64,000 nt of DNA from an uncultured Candidatus Rokubacteria bacterium (GCA_963747235.1 CAVVEU010000024.1:704001-768000); one strand, 5' to 3'. Shown: positions 32,889 through 43,386, numbered from the stretch's first letter. Translations and numbers: made by a program. Notes: generated by a model from the letters alone, not told the origin.

Positions 32889-33581
32889 CTACGCGGTCTC
32901 GGTCAGGAGCTGGTGCAGCGCTTCGGCGGGGATGCGCCGGAACTTGCGGCGCTCCTTGGTGCGATCGAGGACGGCCACCTCGAGGTCCCGCTCGGTGAGG
33001 GTCTTGTTCTGGGTGACCATCAGGGCCCGGACCCCCAGCCGCAGGGCCGCGGCCACGTCCAGGTTCTCCTGGAAATTGTCCTTCAGATACCGCCGGATCT
33101 CCTCGGACTGGCCGCCCATCGCCGCGTAGTTCTTCTCGTCCTCGATCGTGCCGTCGTAGAGGATGTGGTAGATCTCGTTCTTGGTGCCGTTGGCGTCGCC
33201 CACCTCCACCACCAGCACCTCGATCTCGAACGGCTTGATGTCCTGGGTGAAGATGTTGCCGAGGGCCTGCGAGTAGGCGTTGGCGAGCGACTTGGCGCTG
33301 ACGTCGCCGCGGCTGTAGGAGTAGCCCTTGACGTCGGCGTGCCGCACCCCGGCCACCCGCATGTTCTCGAACTCGTTGTACTTGCCCACCCCCGCGAAGG
33401 CGATGCGGTCGTAGATCTCCGAGATCTTGTGGAGCAGGGTCGAGGGGTTCTCGGCCACCAGCAGGATGCCGTCCCGGTACTCGATGGTGACGATGGCCCG
33501 GCCGCGGGAGATGCCCTTGCGGGCATACTCCGCCTTGTCCTTCATCATCTGCTCGGGCGATACGTAGTAGGGCAGCGGCAT
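32889..33581 (-). CDS. prcA: 20S proteasome alpha subunit
   Basis: PYYVSPEQMMKDKAEYARKGISRGR, LHKISEIYDRIAFAGVGKYNEFE, LEVAVLDR. Confidence 0.95.
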   Translation of the reverse strand: MPLPYYVSPEQMMKDKAEYARKGISRGRAIVTIEYRDGILLVAENPSTLLHKISEIYDRIAFAGVGKYNEFENMRVAGVRHADVKGYSYSRGDVSAKSLANAYSQALGNIFTQDIKPFEIEVLVVEVGDANGTKNEIYHILYDGTIEDEKNYAAMGGQSEEIRRYLKDNFQENLDVAAALRLGVRALMVTQNKTLTERDLEVAVLDRTKERRKFRRIPAEALHQLLTETA

Positions 33582-33596
33582 CAGGTTCCCCGCGGG

Positions 33597-34406
33597 CTAG
33601 AGACGGGTGCGGTCATTGAGGACGGCCTCGCAGTGGCGCCGGATCTCGTCCTCGGGCGCGTCCGCGAACCCCGAGCGCGTGATGGTCTTCACCGACGGCA
33701 GGATCCCGCGCAGCAGGTCGGGCCCGCCGGTGCCGAGATCCTCGTCGGCCGCGTCGATCAGGGCCTCGATGGCGACCCGGAGCGCTTCGTCGCGGTTCAT
33801 GTCGCGCCGGAAGCGCTTCTTGAGCGAGTCGCGCGCGTCCTTGCCTCCCGAGCCCTGGGCGAAGTAGTCGGTCTCCTCGTAGCGCCCGCCGGTGACGTCG
33901 TACTTGAACAGCCGCCCCACGCCGGCCCGCTCGTCGAAGCCCGCGAAGATCGGGACGACCACGAGGCCCTGCATGGCCATCGGCAGGTTCATGCGGATCA
34001 TCTGGCCGAGCTTGTTGGCCTTGCCGTCGAGCGAGAGGTTCTCGCCCTCCACCTTCTCGTAGTGCTCGAGCTCGGTCTGGAAGAGGCGGGCCATCTCCAT
34101 GGCGGGCCCCGCCGCGCCCGCGATGCCGACCCCGGAGAGGTCGTCGGACTTGAAGATCTTCTCGATGCGCCGGTGGGCGACCTGATAGCCCTCGCTGGCC
34201 TGCCGGTCGCCCGCCATGATCACGCCGTCGCGGTAGCGCAGGGCCAGCACGGTGGTGCCGTGCGGCACCGAGGGCACGCTTCCCTCGTCCGCTCCGCCCT
34301 CGGAGCGGCCGGGCAGCAGGTGGGGCGCGGCGCGATGCAGGATCTCCGCGAAGCTCGAGGTCGAGTAGTCGAAGAAGGCGTGCTTCCAGCGCTCCGGATC
34401 GAGCAT
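33597..34406 (-). CDS. prcB: 20S proteasome beta subunit with propeptide
   Basis: SSF propeptide motif, PHG|TT processing site with catalytic Thr, AGDRQA, ELEHYEKVEG, GSGG. Confidence 0.95.
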   Translation of the reverse strand: MLDPERWKHAFFDYSTSSFAEILHRAAPHLLPGRSEGGADEGSVPSVPHGTTVLALRYRDGVIMAGDRQASEGYQVAHRRIEKIFKSDDLSGVGIAGAAGPAMEMARLFQTELEHYEKVEGENLSLDGKANKLGQMIRMNLPMAMQGLVVVPIFAGFDERAGVGRLFKYDVTGGRYEETDYFAQGSGGKDARDSLKKRFRRDMNRDEALRVAIEALIDAADEDLGTGGPDLLRGILPSVKTITRSGFADAPEDEIRRHCEAVLNDRTRL

Positions 34407-34407
34407 C

Positions 34408-35907
34408 CTAGAAGTCGCCGCTCGGCTTGCCGAGGTTCTTGAGCAGGGCGCCCGCGGTGGCCGACTCGTCGAAGAGCTGGCGCACGTGGGCCTCGGTGCC
34501 CCGGAGCGGCTCCAGCATGAAGATCTTCTTGAGCGGGCCCTCCTTGAGATCGAAGATCACCGAGTCCCAGGAGGCGGAGACCACCTCGTCGGAGTACTTC
34601 TGCAGGCACATCCCGCGGAAGTAGGCGCGGGTGTCCTTGGGCGGATCGTAGATCGCCTTGGTCACCTCGTCCTCGGTGCTGAGGCGCTCCACCGCCTCCG
34701 CTTCTTCGAGCTTGTAGAAGAGCCCCTTGCTGGGCCGGATGTCGTGGTACTGGAGGTCGATCATGGCCACCCGCGAGTCCGACCACTCGCAGCTATGCTT
34801 GGCCCGGTAGTTCTCGATGAGCTGGTGCTTGATCACCCAGTCGAGCTCGCGGTCGAGGCTCATGGGATCCACCGCGAGCCGGTCCAGCACCGAGCCCCAC
34901 CGCGCCATCACGTCCTCGACCCACGGCTCGTGCTCCCGGTCGCGGTAGTAGCGGTGGGCCAGGTCGAGGAACTCGCGCTGGAGGTCGACCGCGGTCAGAT
35001 GGCGGCCGTCCTTGAGGCGCATGGTCTCGCGGCAGCCGAGGTCGCGGGAGACGCGCCGGTACGAGACGACCGGGCTGTCCAGGCTGAGGTCGCGGTCGAT
35101 GAAGTCGTCCTCGATCATGCTGAGCACGATCGCCATCGTGCCGCACTTGAGGTAGGTGGAGACCTCGCTCATGTTGGCGTCGCCCACGATCACGTGCAGG
35201 CGGCGGTACTTCTCGGGATCCGCGTGCGGCTCGTCCCGGGTGTTGATGATGGGCCGGCTGTGCATCGTCTCCAGCCCCACCTCGGTCTCCAGGAAGTCGG
35301 CGCGCTGGGAGATCTGGAACTCGCAGAACTCGGTGTTGTTCTCGGCCCCCACCTTGCCCGCGCCGGTGTAGACCTGCCGGCTCACGAAGAAGGGGAGCAG
35401 GTACTGGACGATCCGCGCGAAGGGCACCTTGCGGTCCATGAGGTAGTTCTCGTGGGTGCCGTAGGAGTTGCCCTTGGAGTCGGTGTTGTTCTTGTAGATC
35501 AGGATGCGCTGCTCGGGCGGGGAGACCGCCTCCGCCCGGGTCCGCGAGAGATCCAGGATGCGCTCGCCCGCCCGGTCCCAGATCACGCAGTCGCGCGGGT
35601 TGGTGGTCTCCGGGGAGGAGTACTCCGGGTGCGCGTGGTCCACGTAGAAGCGCGCGCCGTTGGAGAGGATCAGGTTGATGAGGCGCGACTCCTCCTTCGA
35701 CGGGACCTCCTTGTCCTCCATGTACTCGAAGCCGCGCGCGTCGCGCAGCGGGCTCTCCGCCTCGTAGTCCCAGCGGATCCGGGACGAGCGGTAGGTCTCG
35801 TAGGAGTTGATCAGCAGCAGCGAGGACAGGATCGGGTTGAAGTCCGGCTGGTTCTTGACCGTGATGCCGTACTCGGTCTCGATCCCCATTACCTTCGGAA
35901 TCGCCAT
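34408..35907 (-). CDS. dop: Pup deamidase/depupylase
   Basis: VMGIETEYGI, RWDYEAESPLRDARG (Dop loop), LSNGARFYVDHAHPEYSSPE, YGTHENYL, PPKDTRAYFRG, ASWDS, EPLRGT. Confidence 0.92.
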   Translation of the reverse strand: MAIPKVMGIETEYGITVKNQPDFNPILSSLLLINSYETYRSSRIRWDYEAESPLRDARGFEYMEDKEVPSKEESRLINLILSNGARFYVDHAHPEYSSPETTNPRDCVIWDRAGERILDLSRTRAEAVSPPEQRILIYKNNTDSKGNSYGTHENYLMDRKVPFARIVQYLLPFFVSRQVYTGAGKVGAENNTEFCEFQISQRADFLETEVGLETMHSRPIINTRDEPHADPEKYRRLHVIVGDANMSEVSTYLKCGTMAIVLSMIEDDFIDRDLSLDSPVVSYRRVSRDLGCRETMRLKDGRHLTAVDLQREFLDLAHRYYRDREHEPWVEDVMARWGSVLDRLAVDPMSLDRELDWVIKHQLIENYRAKHSCEWSDSRVAMIDLQYHDIRPSKGLFYKLEEAEAVERLSTEDEVTKAIYDPPKDTRAYFRGMCLQKYSDEVVSASWDSVIFDLKEGPLKKIFMLEPLRGTEAHVRQLFDESATAGALLKNLGKPSGDF

Positions 35908-35952
35908 TGACGTCCTCGGATGCTCGATCGGGCTGGGCGGTTGAAAGACACA

Positions 35953-35985
35953 CGGCGGGGGGGAGCCCAGCGCTCCCCCCCGCCG
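35953..35985 (-). terminator. Hairpin between arc and dop (weak terminator or mRNA-stabilising stem)
   Basis: cggcgggggggagc/gctcccccccgccg stem followed on the minus strand by tgtgtctttc. Confidence 0.5.
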
Positions 35986-35992
35986 CAGGGCC

Positions 35993-37825
35993 TTACAGGT
36001 ACTGGCCGGTATTGATCACGCGCTCGACGGCGCGCTGCTTTTCCTTGGTCTCACCCATCAGTGGCTTCACGTAGACGATGCGCTCGCCCTTCTTGCCCGC
36101 GATCTTGGCCCAGTCGTCCGGATTGGTCGTGTTGGGCAGATCCTCGTTCTCCTTGAACTCCTCGCGCACCGCGTTCAGCAGGTCCTCGACCTTGATGCCC
36201 TTCTCGCTGAGCGAGATGTAGCGCTTGAGCGCCAGCTTCTTGGCCCGCCGCACCACCGACTCGATCATGGCGCCGGAGGAGAAGTCCTTGAAGTACAGGA
36301 CCTCCTTGTCCCCGTTGGCGTAGGTCACTTCCAGGAAGCGATTCTCCTCCTCGAGGCTGTACATCTCCTCGATGGTGGCCTGGATCATCCGGTCCACCGC
36401 CGCCTGCGCGTCGCCCGCGCTCTCGCGGATCTCCGACTCGTGGATCGGCAGCTCGGTGGTCATGTACTTGTTGAAGATGTCGGCCGCCCCCAGCTGGTCC
36501 GGCCGCTCGATCTTGATCTTCACGTCCAGCCGGCCCGGCCGCAGGATGGCCGGGTCGATCAGGTCCTGCCGGTTGGAGGCGCCGATCACGATGACGTTCT
36601 TCAGGTGCTCGACGCCGTCGATCTCGGCCAGGAGCTGCGGCACGATCGTGGTTTCCACGTCCGAGGAGATGCCCGAGCCGCGGGTGCGGAAGAGCGCGTC
36701 CATCTCGTCGAAGAACACCACCACCGGCACGTCCTCGGCCGCCTTCTCGCGGGCCTTGATGAAGATCTCGCGGATCTTCCGCTCGGTCTCGCCCACGTAC
36801 TTGTTGAGCAGCTCGGGGCCCTTGATGTTGAGGAAGAAGCCCTTCACCTTCTCGCCGCGCTTCTCCGAGATGCGCGCGGCCAGGTTGTTGGCCACCGCCT
36901 TCGCGATCATGGTCTTGCCGCAGCCCGGAGGGCCGTAGAGCAGCACGCCCTTCGGCGGGGCGAGGTGATGCTCGCGGTAGTAGTCGGCGTACAGATACGG
37001 CAGCTCGACCGCGTCCTTGATGGTCTCGATCTGGCCGGCGAGCCCGCCGATGTCCTCGTAGCTGATGTCGGGCACCTCTTCCAGCGTGAGGTCCTCGACC
37101 TCGCTCTTGGGCAGCTTCTCGAGCAGGTAGCCGCTCTTGGCGTCGATGAGCAGGTGGTCGCCGATCTTGAGCTTCGCCGAGCGCAGCGGCTCCGCGATGA
37201 TGCCGACGCGGTCCTCGTCCGCCCGCTGGGTGACGATGGCGCGCTCGTCGTCGAGCACTTCCTTGAGGATCACGACCTCGCCCTGGATCTCGTAGCCCGC
37301 GGTCTCGACCACGTTGAGGCCCTCGTTCAGGATCAGCTCCTGACCGGGCTTGATGTCCTCCGCCTTGATCGAGGGGTGCAGGTTGACCTTCACCTTGCGG
37401 CCCTGCGACAGGATGTTGACGGTGCCGTCCTCGTTGACCGAGAGGTAGACCCCGTAGGTCGAGGGGGGCGCGCAGAGCTTGTCCACCTCTTCCTTGAGCG
37501 AGGTGATCTGCTCGCGCGCCTCGTAGAGCGCGTTGACGAGCTTCTCGTTCTGGTTGAACGCCTGGACGAGCTGGCGATTGGCCTCGCGCAGCTTGTTCTC
37601 CAGGATCATGAACTCCTTGGGCGCGTCCTCCAGCTTCTTGCGCAGCCGCCCGGTCTCGGTCTCGAGCGAGCGGACGTAGGCCTGGAGGTCCTGGACCTGG
37701 ACCTCGTACTCCGTGAGGCGGCGCCGGTAGTTAGAGTCGGTCATGGGGAGGAATTTCGAGAGGCCCTTCATCCCTTCGGACGCGGGCTCTCGGCTAGGAT
37801 TGCCCTTCTTGTCGAACTCCTTCAT
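35993..37825 (-). CDS. arc: Proteasome-associated AAA ATPase (ARC/Mpa)
   Basis: N-terminal coiled coil, OB domains, [38 protein letters not shown]-terminal GQYL proteasome-binding motif. Confidence 0.95.
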   Translation of the reverse strand: MKEFDKKGNPSREPASEGMKGLSKFLPMTDSNYRRRLTEYEVQVQDLQAYVRSLETETGRLRKKLEDAPKEFMILENKLREANRQLVQAFNQNEKLVNALYEAREQITSLKEEVDKLCAPPSTYGVYLSVNEDGTVNILSQGRKVKVNLHPSIKAEDIKPGQELILNEGLNVVETAGYEIQGEVVILKEVLDDERAIVTQRADEDRVGIIAEPLRSAKLKIGDHLLIDAKSGYLLEKLPKSEVEDLTLEEVPDISYEDIGGLAGQIETIKDAVELPYLYADYYREHHLAPPKGVLLYGPPGCGKTMIAKAVANNLAARISEKRGEKVKGFFLNIKGPELLNKYVGETERKIREIFIKAREKAAEDVPVVVFFDEMDALFRTRGSGISSDVETTIVPQLLAEIDGVEHLKNVIVIGASNRQDLIDPAILRPGRLDVKIKIERPDQLGAADIFNKYMTTELPIHESEIRESAGDAQAAVDRMIQATIEEMYSLEEENRFLEVTYANGDKEVLYFKDFSSGAMIESVVRRAKKLALKRYISLSEKGIKVEDLLNAVREEFKENEDLPNTTNPDDWAKIAGKKGERIVYVKPLMGETKEKQRAVERVINTGQYL

Positions 37826-37909
37826 GTTCGCCCATTTCCTTTCCGGGTGAACCAGCGGGCACTGCCAGCGCTCCGTCGCGCGCCGCCCAAGCCTCCGAAA
37901 GGTGACCTC

Positions 37910-37939
37910 AGTATAGGAGTCCGTTTCGCGTTAAGTCAA
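37910..37939 (-). promoter_or_regulatory. Putative sigma70 promoter of the proteasome operon
   Basis: Minus strand TTGACT-18-TATACT in an AT-richer intergenic stretch. Confidence 0.6.
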
Positions 37940-38255
37940 GCGAATTGGCCTCATTTCGCCCTCGGGAGCCATTGATTTCATTTCACTTTCTCCGATTCAC
38001 GGTGTGGCGATCACCTATCGCTCTCACCGTGTAAACCGTGGCTCACCCGACCCGGTTCCGGAGCGCTGCCGAGGGCTCGATTAAGGAGAAAGCACGTTCG
38101 GTGCCACTCGCGCGCCCCACCGACCACGCCGATTCCCGCGACTTTCGGAGCGGCGGGTGGCCGCGCGCGCCTGCGCGAGGGCCCACGGGATAATCAGCGG
38201 CGCGGAAAGTGGCTACGCATCGCGCAGCGGCGGGATTCCGTCGTATAACTCGATC

Positions 38256-39819
38256 ATGTGGAGCGCATGCCGGCGCATCGCGATCACGCTCGCTCTCGTC
38301 CTCACGCTGGCCGGCGAGACGTGGGCGCAGGGCGGTGTCCTCCGCGTGGGGCTGCCGTCGGTGCCGGTCTCGCTCGACCCCGCCACCACGCTGGAAGGGC
38401 CAGTTTCCGTCATCGCACGACAAATCTTCGACACCCTGGTGCAGTACCGCGACGTCACCAGCGATATCGAGCCGGGGCTGGCCGCCCAGTGGTCGGTGTC
38501 GCGCGACGGCCTCGTGTGGACCTTCCGGCTGCGCGACGGCGTGCGGTTTCACGACGGGACCGCCCTGACCGCCCAGCACGTGGTGGAGAGCCTCGACCGG
38601 GTCCTCCAGCCCAACGCGGCGCATGCGCCGAGCCCCAACATGGTCGCGCCGCGGCTGATCCGGGGCACGCCCGGGGTCGTCAAGGAGGTCAAGGCGACGG
38701 ACGTGCGCACCGTCCAGATCAGCCTGCTGCTGCCCTACGCGCCGCTGCCGGCCGTGCTGGCCCATCCCGGCTTCTCGATCGTCCTGGCGAGCAGCGCGGG
38801 CCAGCGCTGGGTCGGCACCGGACCGTTCGTGCTCACCGAGGCGAGCCTGGGGCGGGTCGTGCTCGACGCGAACCCGGGTTACTGGGGCGGGCCGCCCCGC
38901 TCGACGCGGCTGGTCTTCCTGGACACCGGCGAGGATGCGCGCGGCGAGGCGATGCTGGAGGCGCAGGCCGTGGACGTGCTCCTGACCGAGGTCGCCCCGT
39001 CCCGGACCGCCGGCACGCAGTCGATCCCGAGCTGGCACATCGGCTATCTCGCGCTCGAGGCGGAGCGCGAGCCCTTCAGCCGGCTCAAGGCGCGCCAGGC
39101 GGTGGCGGCCGCGCTCGATCCGGGTCTGCTCGCTCCCGTGGTCGCGCCGGCCGGGGTCCCACTGCTCTCCTTCCTGCCCCTGGGGGTCTGGGGCCGTCGC
39201 GATGGCTCGCCCGTCCTCGAGGCGAACCCGGCGAAGGCCAAGCGCCTGCTGACGGAGGCGGGCTTCCCGCGGGGAACGTCGGCCGGCCTGCTGATCAGCG
39301 ACGGCGACAAGCGCCTGGACCTGTCGCGGGTGGCCGAGGCGATCCGCGCCTCACTGGCCACCGCGGGCATCTCGGTGCCCATCCAGGTCGAGGCGCCGGA
39401 GGCGGCGCTCCAGCTCGCCCGGACCGGTCAGCATCAGATGGCGCTGCTCGAGGCCCGGGTGGAGGCGGGCGATCCGCACTTCCTGCTCTACCCGTTGACC
39501 AGCAGCGAGGGGGCGAGCAAGGGACCGACGGCGATGAACATGTCCTTCTATCGCAACCGGACGCTCGACGACCTGCTGATCCGGGCCAGCCAGGTGTCCT
39601 TCCGGCCCGAACGCCAGCGTCTCTACGCGCGCGCCCAGGCCACGCTGGGCGAGGAGATGCCGTGGGTGCCGCTCTACGTGCGGCTGCACTGGGCGGCGAC
39701 CCGCATGGAGGTGCGCAACCTGCGCCTGCACCCGAGCGGCAATCCCCGCTTCGACCGCGTCTGGATCGACGCGCCGCCCGCCGGCGGCGCCCGCACCCCC
39801 GCCGGCCGCCCAGCGGTGA
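38256..39819 (+). CDS. Family 5 ABC substrate-binding protein (DppA-like), first of two
   Basis: Signal peptide, IFDTLV, PGLAAQWSVS.DG..WTFRLRDGVRFHDG, VGTGPF; true stop probably the TGA at 39817-39819 overlapping the next GTG. Confidence 0.8.
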
Positions 39820-41390
39820 AGGGCCTCCGCCTCCTGCCGCTGCTGTGCCTGCTGCTGGCGGCCGGGCCGGCGGATGCGCAGAGCGGCAAGCCGGCGGGCA
39901 CGCTGCGCGGCGTCTTCGTCTCCGATCCGCCGACGCTCGATCCCTCCCAGGCCACCGACACCACCTCCTCCGCGGTCGTGCGGCAGCTCTTCGACACGCT
40001 GGTGGAGCTGGACGAGAAGCTCCAGCCCGGACCGGGCCTGGCCGAGCGCTGGACGGTCTCGGCCGACCATCGCGTCTACACCTTCGTGCTGCGCCCCGGC
40101 GTGAAGTTCCACAACGGCCGGGTTCTGGTGGCGGCCGACGTGAAGTTCTCCTTCGAGCGGGCCGCGCGCGGCAAGCGGCCCTGGGTGTTCGAGAAGATCG
40201 CGGGCGCGCCCGCCTTCATCAAGGGCGGGGCGCCCGAGATCGCGGGCGTGCGCGTCGTGGACGAGCGCAGCGTCGAGCTGACCCTGGAGAAGCCCTTCGC
40301 CCCGTTTCTCCATCTCATGGCGTACGACGCGGCGTCCATCGTGCCGCGCGAGGAGGTCCTCCGCCTGGGGACCGCCTTCGCGAACCGCCCGGTGGGCACC
40401 GGCGCGTTCCGCCTGAAGGAGTGGCGGCGCGACGACCGCGTGGTGCTCGAGGCCTTCCCCGAGCATTTTCGCGGCGCGCCCCACCTGGAGCGCGTCGTGT
40501 TCCGCATCATCCCGGCCGAGATCACCCGCTTCAACGACTACAAGGCCGGCAACCTCGACGTCAGCGACATCCCGACCGGTCATTGCCGGGCCGTGAAGGC
40601 CGATCCCGCGCTTCGCGCGCAGGTGGCGATCTGGCCGACCCTGGGCACCCACGGCGTGCGCTTCAACGTGGAGAAGCCCCCGTTCAACGAGCGCCGGATG
40701 CGACTGGTCGTCGCGCACGCCATCGATCCGTCCGCGATCGTGCAGGGGCTTCTCGAGGGATGCGTGATCGCGGGCAAGGGCATCCTGCCTCCCGCGCTGC
40801 CGGGCTACAACGCGGGCGTCACCGCGCCCGGCTTCGATCGGGCCCGCGCCCGCCAGCTCCTCGCCGAGGCGGGATTCCCGGGCGGCCGGGGGCTGCCGCC
40901 CATCACCTATCACTTCAACACGAGCGATCTGAACCAGCGCATCGGCGAGCTCTTGCAGGCGCAGCTCCGGGAGGTGGGCATCACGCTCGAGCTGCGGCGG
41001 CTCGACTGGGCCGCGCACCTCAAGGTGGTGGACGAGGGCGCGGTGACGATGTTCCGCCAGGGCTGGATCGGCGACTATCCGGATCCGGAGAACTTCCTGA
41101 CCGTCCTGTTCCACTCGCGGAACGTCGGCGCGGCGGGCAATACCTCTCGCTACCGCAGCCCGGAGCTCGACCGTCTGCTCGACCAGGGCGACGTGATGCC
41201 GGCCGGCCCGGCGCGCTTCAAGGTGTACCAGGGCGCCGAGCAGCGCCTGCTCGACGACGGTGCCTGGATCACGCTCTACCACTACGCGAGCCGCGCCCTG
41301 ATCCGCCCCACCGTGAAAGGCCTCGAGCGCTCCCCGCTGTCCACCGCGCCCGAGTTCCTCGCCCCTCTACGAAAAGTCAAGATCGAGTAG
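39816..41390 (+). CDS. Family 5 ABC substrate-binding protein (DppA/OppA-like), second of two
   Basis: Own signal peptide MKGLRLLPLLCLLLAAGPADA; DPPTLDP, GVKFHNG, PVGTGAF, GWIGDYPDPENFL. Confidence 0.85.
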   Translation: MKGLRLLPLLCLLLAAGPADAQSGKPAGTLRGVFVSDPPTLDPSQATDTTSSAVVRQLFDTLVELDEKLQPGPGLAERWTVSADHRVYTFVLRPGVKFHNGRVLVAADVKFSFERAARGKRPWVFEKIAGAPAFIKGGAPEIAGVRVVDERSVELTLEKPFAPFLHLMAYDAASIVPREEVLRLGTAFANRPVGTGAFRLKEWRRDDRVVLEAFPEHFRGAPHLERVVFRIIPAEITRFNDYKAGNLDVSDIPTGHCRAVKADPALRAQVAIWPTLGTHGVRFNVEKPPFNERRMRLVVAHAIDPSAIVQGLLEGCVIAGKGILPPALPGYNAGVTAPGFDRARARQLLAEAGFPGGRGLPPITYHFNTSDLNQRIGELLQAQLREVGITLELRRLDWAAHLKVVDEGAVTMFRQGWIGDYPDPENFLTVLFHSRNVGAAGNTSRYRSPELDRLLDQGDVMPAGPARFKVYQGAEQRLLDDGAWITLYHYASRALIRPTVKGLERSPLSTAPEFLAPLRKVKIE

Positions 41391-41394
41391 CCGG

Positions 41395-42336
41395 TTGCTT
41401 CTCGACCTGCTAGAGCCGGCGGCCAAGCGCGTTCTGGCGCTGCTGCCGGTCCTGCTGGGCGTCAGCCTGCTCGTCTTCGCGCTCACCGCGGTCAGCCTGG
41501 GCGATCCGGCCCGGGCCATGCTGGGGCAGCGCGCCGATCCGGAGCTGGTCCAGCAGATCCGCCGGGACTACGCGCTCGACCAGCCGGTGCACGTGCGCTA
41601 CGCGACGTGGATGTCGCGGCTGGTCCGCGGCGACCTCGGCACCTCGTATCACCAGCAGCGCCCCGTCGCGGAGATCATCGCCGAGCGGCTACCCGCCACC
41701 GCGCGGCTGGCGCTGGCCGCCATGGTGGTTGCCGTCATCGGCGGCCTCGCCGCGGGAGTCGCGGCCGCGCTGCGGCCCGGCCGGCTGCTCGATCAGGTCC
41801 TCATGAGCGCCGCGGTGCTCGGCATCTCCACCCCCGTGTTCTGGCTCGGCATGATGCTCTCGCTGCTCTTCGCGGTCTGGCTCGGATGGCTGCCGGTCTC
41901 CGGGTACGGCGATGGGGACTGGGCCAATCTGGTCCTGCCGGCCCTCACCCTGGGCGCCATCCACACCGGCACGATCGCGCGCATGGCCCGCTCGAACCTG
42001 CTCGAGGTGATCCAGCAGGAGTACATCCAGACCGCGCGCGCCAAGGGACTCGCCGAGTGGGTGGTGATCGCCAAGCACGCCCTCCGCAATGCCCTGATCC
42101 CGGTGGTCACCATCATCGGCATCGGGATCGCGGATCTCCTCGTGGGCGCGCCGCTCACCGAGACGGTGTTCGCGTGGCCCGGCCTCGGGCGGATGCTGGT
42201 GGCCGCGGTGGGGCAGCGCGACCTGCCCGTGGTGATGGGCGCGGTGCTCGTCTTCGCGGTGATCTACGTCCTCGCCAACCTGGTGGTGGACCTGGCCTAT
42301 CTCGTCATCGACCCGAGGATCCGCCGTGGCGGTTGA
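41395..42336 (+). CDS. Peptide ABC transporter permease (DppB family)
   Basis: GDPARAMLG, GDLGTS, YIQTARAKGL, HALRNAL, ETVFAWPGLG, IDPRIR. Confidence 0.92.
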   Translation: MLLDLLEPAAKRVLALLPVLLGVSLLVFALTAVSLGDPARAMLGQRADPELVQQIRRDYALDQPVHVRYATWMSRLVRGDLGTSYHQQRPVAEIIAERLPATARLALAAMVVAVIGGLAAGVAAALRPGRLLDQVLMSAAVLGISTPVFWLGMMLSLLFAVWLGWLPVSGYGDGDWANLVLPALTLGAIHTGTIARMARSNLLEVIQQEYIQTARAKGLAEWVVIAKHALRNALIPVVTIIGIGIADLLVGAPLTETVFAWPGLGRMLVAAVGQRDLPVVMGAVLVFAVIYVLANLVVDLAYLVIDPRIRRGG

Positions 42337-43189
42337 CGCGCTCCCGTTGCCGTCCGGGGAGCGCGGAAGCCGCCGCGTCCGCCGCCTCACCGTCGGCGCC
42401 ACGCTCGTGGGCCTGTTCGCGGCCTCGGCGGTGCTCGCCCCGTGGCTCGCGCCGTACGACCCGACCGCGGTGCCGGCCGCGCTCAGCGAGGTCATGCTCC
42501 GCCCGCCCGAGCCCGCGCACCTCTTCGGCACCGACGCGCTGGCCCGCGATCTCTTCTCCCGCGTGCTCCACGGCGGCCGCGTCTCGCTCGCGCTCGGCCT
42601 CGGGGTGGAGGTGGTGGCCGCGACGCTCGGCGTCGCGGTGGGCCTGCTCGCCGGCTACCACGGCGGCTGGCGCGATTCGCTGCTGATGCGCGCCACCGAC
42701 GTGGTGATGGCCTTCCCCTCGCTGATCCTGGCCATCGGGCTGATCGCGGTCTTCGAGCGGCCGGGCCTCGACAAGGTGGCGCTCGTGCTGGTCGCGCTCG
42801 GCTGGACCACCATCGCGCGCGTGGTGCGGGGCGAGATCCTCTCGCTCAAGGAGCGGGACTACGTGCAGGCGGCCCGCGCGCTCGGGGTGGGCCACGGGAC
42901 GATCCTGGTCCGCCACCTCCTGCCGAACGCGGTCGGGCCCGATCATCGTCGCGGCCACCATCGGCGTCGGCAGCAACATGATCGCCGAGGCCGGGCTCTC
43001 GTTCCTCGGCCTCGGCGCCCAGTCCCCCACGATCTCCTGGGGCAGCATGCTCGCCGAAGGCCAGACCTTCCTCGCCTCCGCCCCCTGGGTCGCCTTCTTC
43101 CCCGGCGCCGCGCTGTTGCTCGCGGTGCTGGGGATCAACTGCTGGGCGACGCGTTGCGAGACCTGCTGGACCCGCGCTGGCGCGATTGA
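42326..43189 (+). CDS. Peptide ABC transporter permease (DppC family), frameshifts near 42935 and 43140
   Basis: HLFGTDALARD, YVQAARALG, RHLLPN; EAGLSFLGLG and WGSML in ORF 42978-43253; LGDALRDLLDPR. Confidence 0.88.
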   Translation: MAVDALPLPSGERGSRRVRRLTVGATLVGLFAASAVLAPWLAPYDPTAVPAALSEVMLRPPEPAHLFGTDALARDLFSRVLHGGRVSLALGLGVEVVAATLGVAVGLLAGYHGGWRDSLLMRATDVVMAFPSLILAIGLIAVFERPGLDKVALVLVALGWTTIARVVRGEILSLKERDYVQAARALGVGHGTILVRHLLPNAVGPDHRRGHHRRRQQHDRRGRALVPRPRRPVPHDLLGQHARRRPDLPRLRPLGRLLPRRRAVARGAGDQLLGDALRDLLDPRWRD

Positions 43190-43253
43190 CCCGCGGCGAC
43201 GCAGTCGGGTCAACCGGCTGCTGCGAGATATACGGATCCGCTTCTCTATCTAA

Positions 43254-43287
43254 TGCGGGGGCCCAGAAATGGCCCCCGCACTCCCCC
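43254..43287. repeat. Palindromic repeat, family 2
   Basis: tgcgggggcccagaaatggcccccgcactccccc; identical 34 bp at 47234-47267. Confidence 0.85.
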
Positions 43288-43292
43288 AGTCG

Positions 43293-43330
43293 GCGGACAA
43301 CCGTTCCGAACAGCGGACAACCGTTCCGAA
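43293..43330. repeat. Tandem direct repeat, 2 x 18 bp with 20-bp period
   Basis: gcggacaaccgttccgaa at 43293-43310 and 43313-43330. Confidence 0.8.
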
Positions 43331-43386
43331 GGCGCCAGGCGTCGGGACAGGTGGCGTTTTGCGGTTCAGCAGTTTCAAAAAACCCG

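Noticed and set aside
31515-34442. Long antisense and alternative-frame ORFs (this 975-aa ORF and many similar ones)
   Set aside because: Shadow ORFs expected at high GC; they overlap well-supported genes and carry no recognisable motifs.
37790-38250. Hidden pup/UBact gene upstream of arc, including a 13-codon ORF ([13 protein letters not shown]) overlapping the arc start
   Set aside because: No ORF of suitable length ending GGE/GGQ was found; the short ORF has no Pup features.
38157-41390. Apparent 1077-aa fusion of two family-5 SBP domains
   Set aside because: The second half has its own signal peptide beginning at a GTGA start/stop overlap (39816-39819). A one-base error in the C-rich linker most likely joins two genes.
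43293-43330. Possible mini-CRISPR
   Set aside because: Only two 18-bp units separated by 2 nt; no spacers and no cas genes.
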